Made by a program: the position numbers and the translations under genes
Shown: piece after piece, positions 13,831 through 25,811 of the stretch
Numbering within the stretch: the stretch's first letter is position 1
Layout: every line of letters starts with the position of its first letter
NCBI GenBank assembly: GCA_900088475.1
Contig: FLMG01000335.1
Coordinates: forward strand, 124,001 to 188,000
DNA from: Hyphochytrium catenoides
Lineage: Eukaryota; Protista; Hyphochytriomycota
Direction: 5' to 3'
DNA length: 64,000 nt
Notes under the pieces: model-generated
The model's database searches: none
Told to the model about the DNA's origin: nothing
Seen by the model: only the letters and a program-made list of their open reading frames with translations

Positions 13831-15458
13831 CTATAAGAAGAAGTCATCTTTCTCCTCAATGTCTCCAGTGCCAGAATCATCGCGCGCATCGGAGGGCTGA
13901 TGTTGGCGTTTACTTGTTGTGTCGCCGCGATCTCTCTTCTTCTTAGGTCGCTTGGTAGGGGGTGCTCCTAATAGTGATAGCCAAAAGTGAGACGTCAATT
14001 GACTCTGCAAGAAGAGACAGATAGCCTACCTTCCCCTTCACTTTCCCCTCTGTTATGATAAGACTTTTTGGCGGGTGCTGCAGCGAGTTAATTTATATGT
14101 GAGGTAAGATGTAGGGCCTGAGACGACAGACAATTACCTCCTCCGTTCTTATGTTGCCCAGTCTTCGTATTCTGATGTTTGGCAGTTTGTGGCTTCCTTT
14201 CTGAGGGATCAGTCCCCAAAGTGTCATTCTCTTCTTTCTTTGCTAGTTCAAGGGCAATCTTTTTTAGGGCCTCTCGCCTGCATCAGCAAATCAAGCAGAA
14301 TCATGGATGGTTAATATTGGTGGCAACGATAGCAAGATCCGACATCGTCAGTCACTTTGTCATCTGCAGATTGAGAACATGTTTCCGACATCGTCAGTCA
14401 CTTTGTCATCTGCAGATTGAGAACATGTTACCTTCTCGTGCACTTGGGATTTTCGCCTCTTGGAGGGAAGAGCGAGACGTACTTCTGTCCCTTAGGGAAA
14501 AACCTAATATACTGAGTGAAAGGGTTAGCAGGACTACTTGGTGCAGCACTACATTCCACAATTACCAGCATGTCTTCTTCCATCTTCCTTCTATCTTCCT
14601 CGAGTGAGCTCTTCTGCTCTGGATCACTCGCCTGCGCACCAGACGCCAAAGAGAGGTAAGTTTAAACTCGAAACGCTGGGGAAGGATAGGGAGAGGAGGT
14701 AGAGAAAGGTGGCGCAAAGAAAGAGAGAATGTGACCCTAGAACCAGGAAGCATGTAATAGGTCAAGCACAAACGACGATACGCTGCGTTGCGCCTCGTGT
14801 AGAGGATTCACAGGAAAGCTCAGTAGGTGCTAAGCAGGTTAATTGGGCTAAAGGACCGGGACAGCAGAGCGATGCAGGCGAATCGAATATAAGCGGTCGC
14901 GCGACGACGAGATGTCTAGTTTAACAATACGCCGAAGAAAGTATGCAACCAGGTGCAACAAGGGGTGTACCTGTGCTATTGCCCTTTCGGTCTGAGCTAA
15001 CTTTCTTGTGAGTTTCTGTCTATCAAAGAAGCGGATCTACGATGAATTGGTAAGGCGTTATCTGAGGAACAATGAGACTAAGAGGGCAGCCAACCTTCCT
15101 ATATTTGATTGTGATGGCTCGTTCTCTTTCCGTCTGTTCATGCTTCTGAAGCTGCAGAAAGCAAAGGCGACCTAAGAGGCCATAGAAGCTGTGGAGGTAA
15201 GAACATTCTTCCCAACCTGTGTGCGGAGATCTTGAAGCCTCTTCTCATGTTCTTTACGTACGTCTTCCGGAAGGTCCTAGAGATAGAGAATTAAGGTTAA
15301 GAAGTCCTTAAGAGATACATAGGGCTTACCTGCTTCCTTAGAAGACGCTCTTCAGAACGGATCTGATTTTTCAGCGATCTGCCTCTGCCGCTGGCTTTAG
15401 GCTGTGAGTCAGACTTCCTGGCGGCACTTTGAGAGTCATCGCCGCTGTTGAAGTCCAT
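13831..15458 (-). CDS. EFG1: rRNA-processing protein Efg1 (multi-exon)
   Basis: Spliced peptides SLKNQIRSEERLLRKQ|DLPEDVRKEHEKRLQDL, ITIKYRK|IRFFDRQKLTRKL, MEEDML|YIRFFPKGQKYVSLFP and C-terminal EEKDDFFL* match the Efg1 motifs I recall. Confidence 0.85.
14339..14429. repeat. Tandem duplication with 46-bp period in an EFG1 intron
   Basis: ccgacatcgtcagtcactttgtcatctgcagattgagaacatgtt (45 nt) occurs twice head-to-tail, abutting the minus-strand donor at 14431. Confidence 0.95.
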
Positions 15459-16147
15459 GATCTCCTGGTACACGCTGTATCACTATCGGTTGAGGGGATA
15501 GAGTGTGGCTCTTTGTGCAAGAACGAGCTCAGCAGACAGCACTTTCAGAGGCAGGAAGGCACCCTATAAGGCTGTTGAAGGGCTTACTGATGGCAGCATG
15601 GGAATGTAGGTTCACCTCTGTCCGTTTCTTTCTTCCATGGACCTTTGCTCTGACATCTTTCATGAGAGAAGCACTTCTCATCAATGGTGTCTGCTGCGTC
15701 AAGGGTTCTGATTTTATACGGAATCTGAAACCCCAAACTGTTCTGGTTCATACCTTTAATAGGCTTGATTCTGAATGCTACAGTGGTTTTTGGAGGAGGT
15801 TTGAAAAAGTGTAGCAAGTTCTTTGTTGAGCGTGCAACCTTCCGGGGCACCGGGTCTCCAGTCTCCAGCAGGGATCTGCAGATCTGCGGGCAAATGTAAG
15901 AGCTTCAGATATGTCGAAAGGAGCTTCGCTATGGGTGCATGTGGCTTCAGCATCTAGTCATGCAGGGTATACGCCTTCACACTTGAAGTTTGAGAAGAAC
16001 CACCAACAGCTGGAGGGCATAAGATGAAGCGCTTAACGGATTAAAAGAGTGACGACAAAGCTCTGCCGGATTGAAGAGTGACGCTAAAGCTCATACTCTC
16101 AGGGAGAGCCAGCAAGGGCAAGAGGGATGGTGACAACAAACCAGCCA

Positions 16148-19100
16148 ATGCGTCCTCGAACGTCGATCCGCACAAAGCGGGCCTCACGGGGAATCAAAGA
16201 AAAGGAACGGGCAGCGGAGACGGAAATCACGCACACAGTTCTACCAAACGCCACGCTTGCTAGTCTTGAAGAGGGTCTGGACCTCATCTCAGCCCCTATA
16301 AAGGTCTCATCCGTGTCTGATGCCTTCTTAACTTTGCTTTGGTCTGATAAAAACTTCTTTTAGGGTGGAACGTACGACAAAGATTTTGCACATGATGATG
16401 ATGACGATATCGTGGGACGATCTGATGAAGAAAGCGCGCCTCTTCGAGAACTTCTGGCTTTCTACAAGGTTGATAACCTAATTTTGCACCAGAAGGTGGT
16501 CCCCTGACGGACTAATGCCGCTTTGCAGATGAAATGTGATAATTTTGACAGAGAGAGGGAGGAGACACTGGCAAAGCTTGCGGAGCTAGAGGTCACGCCC
16601 TTCAACTTCATAACTCTGTCTTGTTCCCCAATTCAATAATTCTTCTTTGCGTGCAGGTTTCTAGAGCAGAGCTTCAAAGAGCGGATTGGGAGCTAAGAGT
16701 ACGCGAAGATGAGGTGAGAAATATGGAGCCGGACTGGATGAAATGGCCAGTTCCGATAGGCCTAACGCGTTTTTACTCTCCAGCTGGCGGAGCTGCAGAA
16801 GACCGCCAGTGAGATGAACGCCAAATACTTTGAGGAGAAACAAAATGCCATCCATCTGCGGGTATTGCTCTCTCTACATGCTAAGTCGCTTACGCCCGGG
16901 CGCTTTGCTGTGCTGTTGGCTACATCTTCTCTAGGGTTACCTCCCTGTCCCCGGCAAGGGTCCTTTCCACAGCCTTAGGCTACTCCTCCAACTAAACACT
17001 TCCTTCTTCAGACAGAGCTTGAGACCATGAGGTTACAGGAAATAGAGGATCGCAAGAGGATTCATCAGCTGTTAAATCTGACACAAACCACCACAGAGGA
17101 GGTATGTTCCTACAACCTTGCATTCTTCCTTTGGGTTCAAGCAGCCTGTCGGTCACAATGACGGTGAGAAGTAGAGGTTGAACGGGCAGCACTTGGTACA
17201 TCCATACGCAGGCACAACGAAAGGCTGATCAGCAGCGTAAAGAAGAGGTTAAGCGGCAGTGGATTTAGCCATTCTTGCCCGCAATTCTTCACAGGTCCGC
17301 TATTCGCGAGATCGAAGACCAGAACTTTTCACCGAAAATCCAGACACAGAGGTCAGATCTGCAGGATAGGGCGTCAATGGTGAAAATGCTGAGCATAACA
17401 CTGGATACCTCATGAAAAGTCCCTTTCCTTCCTCCTCGCTTGGCACTAACTTGGTGTGCAATGCAATTTGTGGCTGCAGGAGGCTGGTGCGGACGACGAA
17501 GGGGGCGAGAGAAGACCTGAAGACAGGGAAAAAATGCCTCAGAACACTGGCGCAGGTCTTCAAAGATCTAGAAGAGAGAGAAGCAGCTCGATTTCCTCCG
17601 TTTCCGGGAAGAAAAGCAAAGCCCAGGTGTCAACTTCATTCTCTGTCTTAAGCCCTTCGACACTCATCCAATTACCTTCTATCTTCCTTGTTGCTCCTCA
17701 ATCAACGTTGACAGCTGTACTAATATTCGCACTACTTCCTTCATCTTCTTCCCGTCTTCCAAACGTGTAAACCCTCACTTTTTGGCTTGAAGAACGTTGT
17801 GCGAACAGTATATCTGCCATCAGATAAGACGGAGCAGCTGGAGGGAATGGTAAAGTTGCTAAAGCAGGAGCTGGAAGCCACCCAGAAGTGGGCAACTGAG
17901 AAGAATGAGGTATACGTTTAACCCATGTGCCCTTACCGGCGTCTTTCGTACTATGTGAAACTGCTTTCGCGACGACTTACCTTCTTCTATCTGGCGTCTG
18001 CTATCGTCAATATGGGCATCGTAGATCTTGCTATCTTTACATTAGTCACCGTCCTTGCGCCATTGGACAGTGTCGTTCCCTGAACCTTCGCGGCTCTATA
18101 GAGATGCGCATTGTTAGCACTAACGGGTGAACCTGTAGGGTCTCCTCAAAGACAGAGCACAGATGTTAACATTCCACAGCCGGAGAGAGCAGGATCTGAT
18201 CAGGCACAATAGCTCGTTACTTGAGCAGGTCAAACAGCTTGATGAGAAGTATCGAAGAGCTCTAAAAGGTTTGTCTCGTAACCCTTCATTTCTTTTCTTA
18301 AGTCCGTTGGCTTGCCTCTTGCGTCAGCTGTCAGCTTCTGGACGGGAGATTCGTACGTTATTCCTGACCTACTGGGGGCATGCATTTTATTGCTGACGCT
18401 TGCAATGTTTGTGCACCAGCACATAGCTAAGACTGACGACTCCTGACTGTGAGTAGAGTATCTTAAGCTGAGGCAGCGCTCCGAGGCTACCGAGCGCCGT
18501 CTCATGGAGGATAAGGCACGCCTAAGCAAGGAGAATCAAGAGCTCTCCTCAGAGATAGAAAGAATTAGGAGCCAAGCCCTGATGGAATCCAAGGTTGATT
18601 GAGCTTTTGGATGGGATGGCCTTTCTTTATGCCTTTTTGTTGGCACCAAATGTACCAGTATTCATAACTATATGTAGGCAGCTAGGTCGGCCATAGAAAG
18701 ACAGAGTCAGGTGGCAGTGGACAGGTATCGTCAGCACGCCAAGAGCAGAGAGGAAGAAATGGCATCTCTTCAGGTACCTCAACTCAAGAGCTGTCTCTTA
18801 TCTTCCGCCATGTCCTTTGCTACTCCTCTGTCTCGGACTAATTGTACCGCTGCAGGAGCATTATCATGACCTGGAAGTTCGCTACGAGGAGCGCATTGCG
18901 GAGCTTGAAGGCAACCTGAAGACTATGACCGAAAGGTACGAGATCAAGAAGGGGACATTTACCCATTTCTTTTTTCACCAGTCGACGCCTCCAAGGTACC
19001 GAACACTTGAAAAAAGACGGAATCTAGATGTTCAGGGCTTTCTCTATGACATCAACGAGTTGCGGAAGAATATATCGCAGCTTGAGTCATTATGGCTTGT

Positions 19101-19533
19101 GCATAACCTTCATGAGAAAAGGCGAGAACAAGGAAAACTAGAGAGAAACCTTGACGGTGAGACTCAGAATGAGCAATCTACAGATTAGAGTTGCGCTTAG
19201 TTTGTTTCGCTAGGAATACCTTCCAAGAAGACCAACAAGACAGCAGATCTTCTCAGAGCTGCCGAGAGCGAGATTGAAACTCTGAAGGTAAAATCTTGGG
19301 TTTCCCATGTCTACCCTCGATCAAGTTCTTTCTTCTATCTGCATAGTTGCTAACTGCTGTCTAATCATTACCTAATGCAGCGAAGACTGCGGAATATCAA
19401 TAGTGAGATTCAGAGTGAGCAGGATCACATGTACGACAATAACTCCACAATCTCTAACCTGCGAAAGGTGAGGCGAGAGCAGGGCCAGAACAGATCTAGA
19501 ATGGGTCCCATGCGACGCGCAGAGATGCTTTGA
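16148..19533 (+). CDS. CCDC77: Coiled-coil domain-containing protein 77 (centriolar), multi-exon
   Basis: Spliced LRELLAFYK|MKCDNFDREREETL..|VSRAELQRADWELRVREDEVR|LAELQK..EEKQNAIHLR|..QEIEDRKRIHQLLNL and C-terminal LEKRRNLDVQGFLYDINELRK resemble CCDC77. Ends approximate. Confidence 0.8.
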
Positions 19534-21208
19534 TGCAAGAGAGAGATGAACATCTCGTGGTGCCATCCTACCACCACTGCTGTTCGATTGTTGGCCCTAA
19601 TTAACGCACAGAGTTGGCGTCCGCAAGCCTACTTTCGGGACGACAGATACCTCTTTGGGATATTATACAGCCCTCTCAAGACAAAAATTGTTCTGGACTT
19701 ATTCTTTAGTTTCTTCAACAGTCAGATGAGGCCCAAAAGGTTACCCCTCGCAGCCAGAAATCGATTTTAAGAATGTGAGACCTTAGCCGAGTGATGGCGC
19801 GGTTAGCAGCCAATAATGCCACTGATAGCGGGAATACGAAACGATGACAGGGCCAGTTGGCCGAAAACCGACTGATACGGTAGCAATACTTGGTGGGTAA
19901 CGGGACACTAAATCATCAAGTCTGGCATCTCAATGCTGAGGATTCAAGATCTTATAGGGTCGAAGAAGATTATTGTCTGCCAATGGACCAGGCGATCACG
20001 ACAAATAGACGGCTGCGGCGTAGAGATGAGGTACAGGAGAGGAAGGTACAGAAGGGTCTATCTAAAAACAGTGTTACGGGCGGGCCACGCTGAATCCTCG
20101 CGCCTCCATTAAGCGCTCTATTGTCCTGCGTTCCGAAGATTGGTAGAGATCTGTCTCTCTTTGTTCATGTCAGCATACTTTGGCAGCACGGTGACGAAGA
20201 AGAGTCCCTTTTCCTCTGGCGGCGTTACAAGTAGCAGGACTATAAGGTGTATGAGGGGAGAGCTATACTCAAAAAATGTTACAAACCAAAAGTAGCAGGA
20301 CTAACGAATCTTGTTTGATAATTAGTTTTTGTGGTGTGGTGAGGCTCTATCGACCTACGGAAATATGGGAGAATGGATTCAGCCTAGGCAGAGATGAGAA
20401 CTATAGGTTTACAACTAAGCCTTTATCTGCCTTTGCCATGTATGCCCTACCTCGTTTGGAACGCTCTGTCCACGACATATTTTTATAGGCAATCTCGAAT
20501 CTGCTCAAAGACTCCAGACTAAACTCCATACACACCCACACAAGCTGGTAGCGAACAGTGCACAGACCCCATGCAGGTTGCGGGTTGGTGTGAGCTAAGA
20601 GTCTCTCTAGAAGAAAGCTGACGGCATGCTTGAACCGGAAATCCGTCTCTCTTCAGGATGTGAAATGTAGCATGGCTAAGCTCTTTCAAGTACACTGATA
20701 CATGCAGATCGAAGCCATCACTTCTGATGACAGACAGGTGTGCTCCATAACTTAGGATTTGCGGATGGTCTGGGGAGGTCCAAGGATGAGACTGGACACC
20801 ATCGTTGGACTGCACTTTTTTCCAATGAGCTCGCTTCTTCATCGCAAAGCTTCGGCCCGCTGGAGTGTGCTGATGATGGATTGATAACGGACGGAAAACA
20901 GCGAACAGACAAACAGCATGTAACAACGGCCAACAAGACTGCTACATAGATCAATAATTTAGTAACCAACCGTATTCCATATCTGATTTTCAGTTCTGCT
21001 GCCGCCCTCCAATTTCCAGCCTTTCAGAGTTTGTCTGGCGATACAAACACCAGGCACGAAGCTTTTATGTAGGGAAAGGCTGCTTGGCTGCATTGCTCCA
21101 TCAGAAGTCCCGTCAATCATTTATGAGCCTCCTTCTCTTTCTTACGGAAGTGAGAAGGCTGCCACTTCGTCGGAAGGCTTAACTTGCAGGAGATCACATT
21201 CTAGAACG

Positions 21209-21891
21209 ATGCGTCGGCTTCTTGGTGATAAAACGGGAGATGTTGTCACCCGTACACGAAGGCAGCTAAAGCTAAACCTCCTTCTAGCGAAGCCAAAATG
21301 GTACGAAGCGATGAGCTTATCACCTCCCGTGAAGACACCAGCAAGGTCCAAGGATCCCGTGCCTAGCATACGCTCTGTGGATAGTCAGTTCAATGATGAG
21401 TTCCAGAAGAGGAACCCTAGCCTGAAGACACAGCCACAACCCCTTTCTAGAGATCAGATGGACCTTCCCTCCTGGTTTATTGAGCTGTGGCAAACACTAA
21501 CTGAGGCAGGCTTTAACAGAGATACTGCCTATGACCTAGCACTCGGTAAGTGATATTGATGTAAGTGAGTCGCGCTAATAAAATCCTAAATAGTTTTATA
21601 TCTGCAGAGGAGTATCGGAAGATGAGAGTTGAGCAGTATAGGCGAGGTAATCCTCACTACAGGGCAACGGTGCCACGAGCATTTGGTCTGCAGCTTCAAG
21701 AATATATGAGTACGTTAAAGGGTCACCACGAGGAGCTTGCTATCCTCAAGAACCGCTATCAAGCACTAAAGACGAAGGAGAGTGAATTTGAGAAGCAAAC
21801 CAAGCGAATTATTGAGGAAGAGCGCAAACGCCAGGCAAGAGAGGAGGCGAGAAGGGAGCGAAAGCCATTAACTTTGGCTTTTAACTTTTAG
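21209..21891 (+). CDS. Hypothetical ~206-aa two-exon protein with C-terminal coiled coil
   Basis: ORFs 21209-21553 and 21565-21891 join in frame via gtaagt(21546)...ctgcag(21607), giving DLALEEYRKMRVEQY. No family recognised. Confidence 0.55.
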
Positions 21892-24572
21892 GCTATTTAG
21901 GGGCCTGACTCTCCAGACAATGGGCACAGATCGGCGCAGGATACGCTCGTATCTTGTCCAGCCCGCCGTTGAGATTGAGGATGTCTCGTCCGTACTGCTG
22001 GATAATCAATAAATAGCAGCTTTGTGCATTTATCAAAAAGCAGAAGTACCCTAAACCCTTTGCCGTAGGATTAACTTCTTAAGATCTTAAGGATCCGTTT
22101 AGCCTCTGTCAGCTTCTTTTCTTGATGTGGCAAGACCTACTATCGAGTGCGGACGCGTCTACGTGTGAGTGTTCACAGAACCGCTTTCGGGTGCTTAGAT
22201 CTTTAACCGCAAGCCGTAATGGTGTCAAAGCGAGGGTGAGCCGAGTGATTCCTTAATTAGCCTCGAAGAGTCTCCAAGCGAAGACCCCTATGTACTCCAT
22301 TAGGTATGCAACAAGAAGGTTTAACGATCCCAATTGATTAACTGTGTCACCGACAAGTCCCTCTAACATTGGGACTCGCCTCATCCTTTGTCGAATGGTT
22401 AAGTTGGCGCCCTCCACTGACTGATGCTTTCATTCCACGTCGTGAGGCATCCCAGCACCAACTTTAGATCCAAAAGGGATGGAACAATACGTGGCATACC
22501 TCCTATCCTGACGAGAAGTAGCTGCTGGTGGATAAACGGGCTGAGCTGCTACTTGAGCTCCGCGCGGTGAAGTGAGGAGAAGTCGTATATGAGGACATCG
22601 CGGCGCGTCAAAAGGGCAAATTTAGCTATAACCTTGCATTCGCTTCGTTGATGTCTTACTCTACCTAATTCGGTAAACGGCCATCAGGGTAACGAGGGAA
22701 TCACCATGAGAGTAGAGGGCCCAACTAGATTACAAATGCCAGAAGACTCTCCCCAAGCAGCAAACGAGAGTTGAGTCAAGAGGTTCGGTAGCATACGCCA
22801 ACTGCTGGAGCCAACACTGAGTAGCAAGCGCATCAATGGTCATTAGGTGACGTACGCGATAGTGAGTAGTGAGTAGTGACTGGTCGGTGAGTCCAACTTC
22901 CTGCACCTAGCAGCCATGCTGTTGGTCGATAGAGGAATCGCTGACATTTAGACTCGCTAACAAACGAACTATGCGGGGAAGTTTACCAGGGTAAGACTGT
23001 GCAGAATGTGTAGTCATACAGATACACTTCGAAACTAATGCTGCTCATTCTGGCCTGTGAATTCAGGCTTCCCGGGTCAAGGTGGAAGGCCGAGAGGAGG
23101 TTATATCGTGTAGATATTCGATGGCAGATCGGGAGGGATAAACCTCTACTACGTGACCTTATCAGTACAAGGCTATAAGAGACAATTGGTGGGATGGAGA
23201 GAGAGGCTGGAAGATTGTTGACATATACGATAGACAGGGTACGCACGGGAGAAGAGCACGCTGGGCCTCCTCCAGTTAACTTGACAGGGAGAGCGAAGTG
23301 AATAGCAGTGATTCAAAGCAACAGTTCTTCGAACTTCTACTGCACTTTAACGCTTTCCTCCAGCCTTTGCCAAGGGAGCAGGACCGAAATCCATAGGAGC
23401 AAAGAATACTACGGCCACCACCACAGTGTCAACTCGATCGACCCATCACAAGTGCTTGTTGAAGCGAGCAGTGAAGAGTCAACAGTCATCAGAAGAAGTG
23501 CAAAGAAGGGACACTACTGGATGATGAGGACATGCTATCGGTTACCTACCAAATGTATTGACGATTACCTAGCCATCTATGATGGGGCAACGGCAAGTTG
23601 ATGCACCTTGCAGTCTTCCTTGGTCATCTCTCATCTCATCTCTGTTGGCGCTAGGGCGGGCGACGGCGATAGTGGGACTGAGTTTGCCTGTAGCTTCTCT
23701 GTTCAATGGCAATACATAGTGAAGTGCAGGTAGGAAAGAAGGGCAAGAGAAGAGACAGGCAAAATAAGAAACTGCTGGTGTTGATGATGAGTCATATCAT
23801 AACCCTTGTAAGTCGACGCAAACCCTCAGGAGACAGATGTAGAAAGAGGTATGGGCTACAATTAGCGCCATCGGGGTTGAAACAATCTAAAGAAGAGCAG
23901 CTGTACTTGAGAAAGAGTAGCAATGAGATGCGAAGCCACGAGAAAAGGTGAGAATGAAACGTCGAGGCAGCTGGGAACAAAAACGCTGCGAATCTTTACA
24001 CAAAACCTGGACGACTCCGAGGGGATGTGTGAAGGCCTTGGGTTCATTACACCAGCGAACTGGCAATTAGAAATTAGAAAGACATTACAGCAAAATTACA
24101 CACAGATTGCTCTCGTGGTTGGCCATAACTCTCCCACCCACGAAGGATAAATTACACGGCAATAGCAGGTAAGCAGTATATTGCTCCCCATACTTAATTA
24201 GCTTGCAAGGTTCCATAGCTCTAATCTTTGTTGACATATTTGGGTAAAGGAGTTAATACGACTATAGCTGGATCCATTAGTATCCCATTTACGCGCTAAA
24301 GAAACGTAAGTAGAACGCCCTGCGAACCTGAAAGAACAACAATACGGATAAAATCATAAAAGAACCTCAAAAAAGGAAGCCAGCCATTTAACCCCTGCCC
24401 ACCCATCCCGGGTACACTTCGTAGTGTCTTTGGGCTGACTCCACTCACTCACCTCGATAATGTATGGGAGAATGAATGGAAAGCGATGTGTGTTTGGCAT
24501 CAGTCTCCCACATCATAGACTTGTAATAAGAGGGCACATCAGAAGTGAAACATTTCAGGCCGGCCCTCGAAC

Positions 24573-24999
24573 GAAGGGGGTTCGACGGTTAAAGCCTAGC
24601 TTTATATTGGTCTAACCCATATCGANNNNNNNNNNNNNNNNNNNNNNNNNNNNNNNNNNNNNNNNNNNNNNNNNNNNNNNNNNNNNNNNNNNNNNNNNNN
24701 NNNNNNNNNNNNNNNNNNNNNNNNNNNNNNNNNNNNNNNNNNNNNNNNNNNNNNNNNNNNNNNNNNNNNNNNNNNNNNNNNNNNNNNNNNNNNNNNNNNN
24801 NNNNNNNNNNNNNNNNNNNNNNNNNNNNNNNNNNNNNNNNNNNNNNNNNNNNNNNNNNNNNNNNNNNNNNNNNNNNNNNNNNNNNNNNNNNNNNNNNNNN
24901 NNNNNNNNNNNNNNNNNNNNNNNNNNNNNNNNNNNNNNNNNNNNNNNNAGGGGGTTCGACGGTTAAAACCTAGCTTTATATTGGTCTAACCCATATTGA
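24573..24999. repeat. 53-bp minisatellite spanning an assembly gap
   Basis: gaagggggttcgacggttaaa(g/a)cctagctttatattggtctaacccatat(c/t)ga lies on both sides of the N run; the start-to-start distance of ~374 bp is about 7 units. Confidence 0.8.
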
Positions 25000-25055
25000 G
25001 AAGGGGAGCCAGATCCTACCCATCAGGTTGTCACGCCGCACCCAAACTGAGAGTG

Positions 25056-25158
25056 GTGAGAGAAGAAAGAGGAAGAGGGAGGAAGAGAGAGAGAGAAAGA
25101 GAGAGAGAGAGAGGGAGAAAGAGGAAGAGAAAGAGAGAAGGAGAGGAAGAAAGTGCGA

Positions 25159-25197
<39 letters not shown>

Positions 25198-25232
25198 AGG
25201 AAGAGAAAGAGAGAAGGAGAGGAAGAAAGTGC

Positions 25233-25276
<44 letters not shown>

Positions 25277-25528
25277 TCCCCTTTGCCCACCGTCCTCAGT
25301 CAGTCAGAGTCTCTCTCTCTCTCTCTCTCCTTGTTTTCGCCCTTCTCACTTCTGTCTGTTTGTACCGAAAACGGCAGCCAAACCCAATGGGCTGATGTTC
25401 GCTATGTCTCACTCTCTCTCTCTCTTTTTACTCACAGTCGCCACCACTCACAGCCTCGCGTTTGGTAATGATCACGTCTCACGTCAACGCACACTTCTCT
25501 AGGGACAATCTGTTGATGGAGGCTTGGT

Positions 25529-25590
<62 letters not shown>
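25056..25590. repeat. (GA)n and (CT)n microsatellite tracts upstream of ALAS, including a duplicated ~60-bp GA-rich unit
   Basis: Directly visible; ...aaagaggaagagaaagagagaaggagaggaagaaagtgcgaa occurs twice. Confidence 0.9.
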
Positions 25591-25591
<1 letters not shown>

Positions 25592-25811
25592 TCTTTCCAC
25601 TGTCTTCCTCTCAGTCAGTACAGCAACCTCACGCAGTCAATGGCAGTGGAGTTGCGGATGCACTGACATCCTTCACTTCCTCTTTGACTGTTGCAGCTAC
25701 ACCCTGCACCTACCAGCGCAGATCTTCTTCCTCCGTACTCAGGCTCTGCACATTCCGAAATCTCCATTCCAAGCTCTGTGTACTTATACTTCTCTAAATT
25801 AGTAAGTCAGG

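Noticed and set aside
24573-24999. CRISPR-like array
   Set aside because: Eukaryotic context, no cas genes and no visible spacers; spacing fits a plain tandem repeat.
25630-25665. Iron-responsive element in the ALAS 5' region (CAGTGG loop)
   Set aside because: The flanks (aatgg / agttg) do not form the required 5-bp upper stem.
24976-25802. ORFs rich in ER/SL dipeptides (also 57330-57709 and 60282-60710)
   Set aside because: They are translations of GA/CT microsatellites, not proteins.
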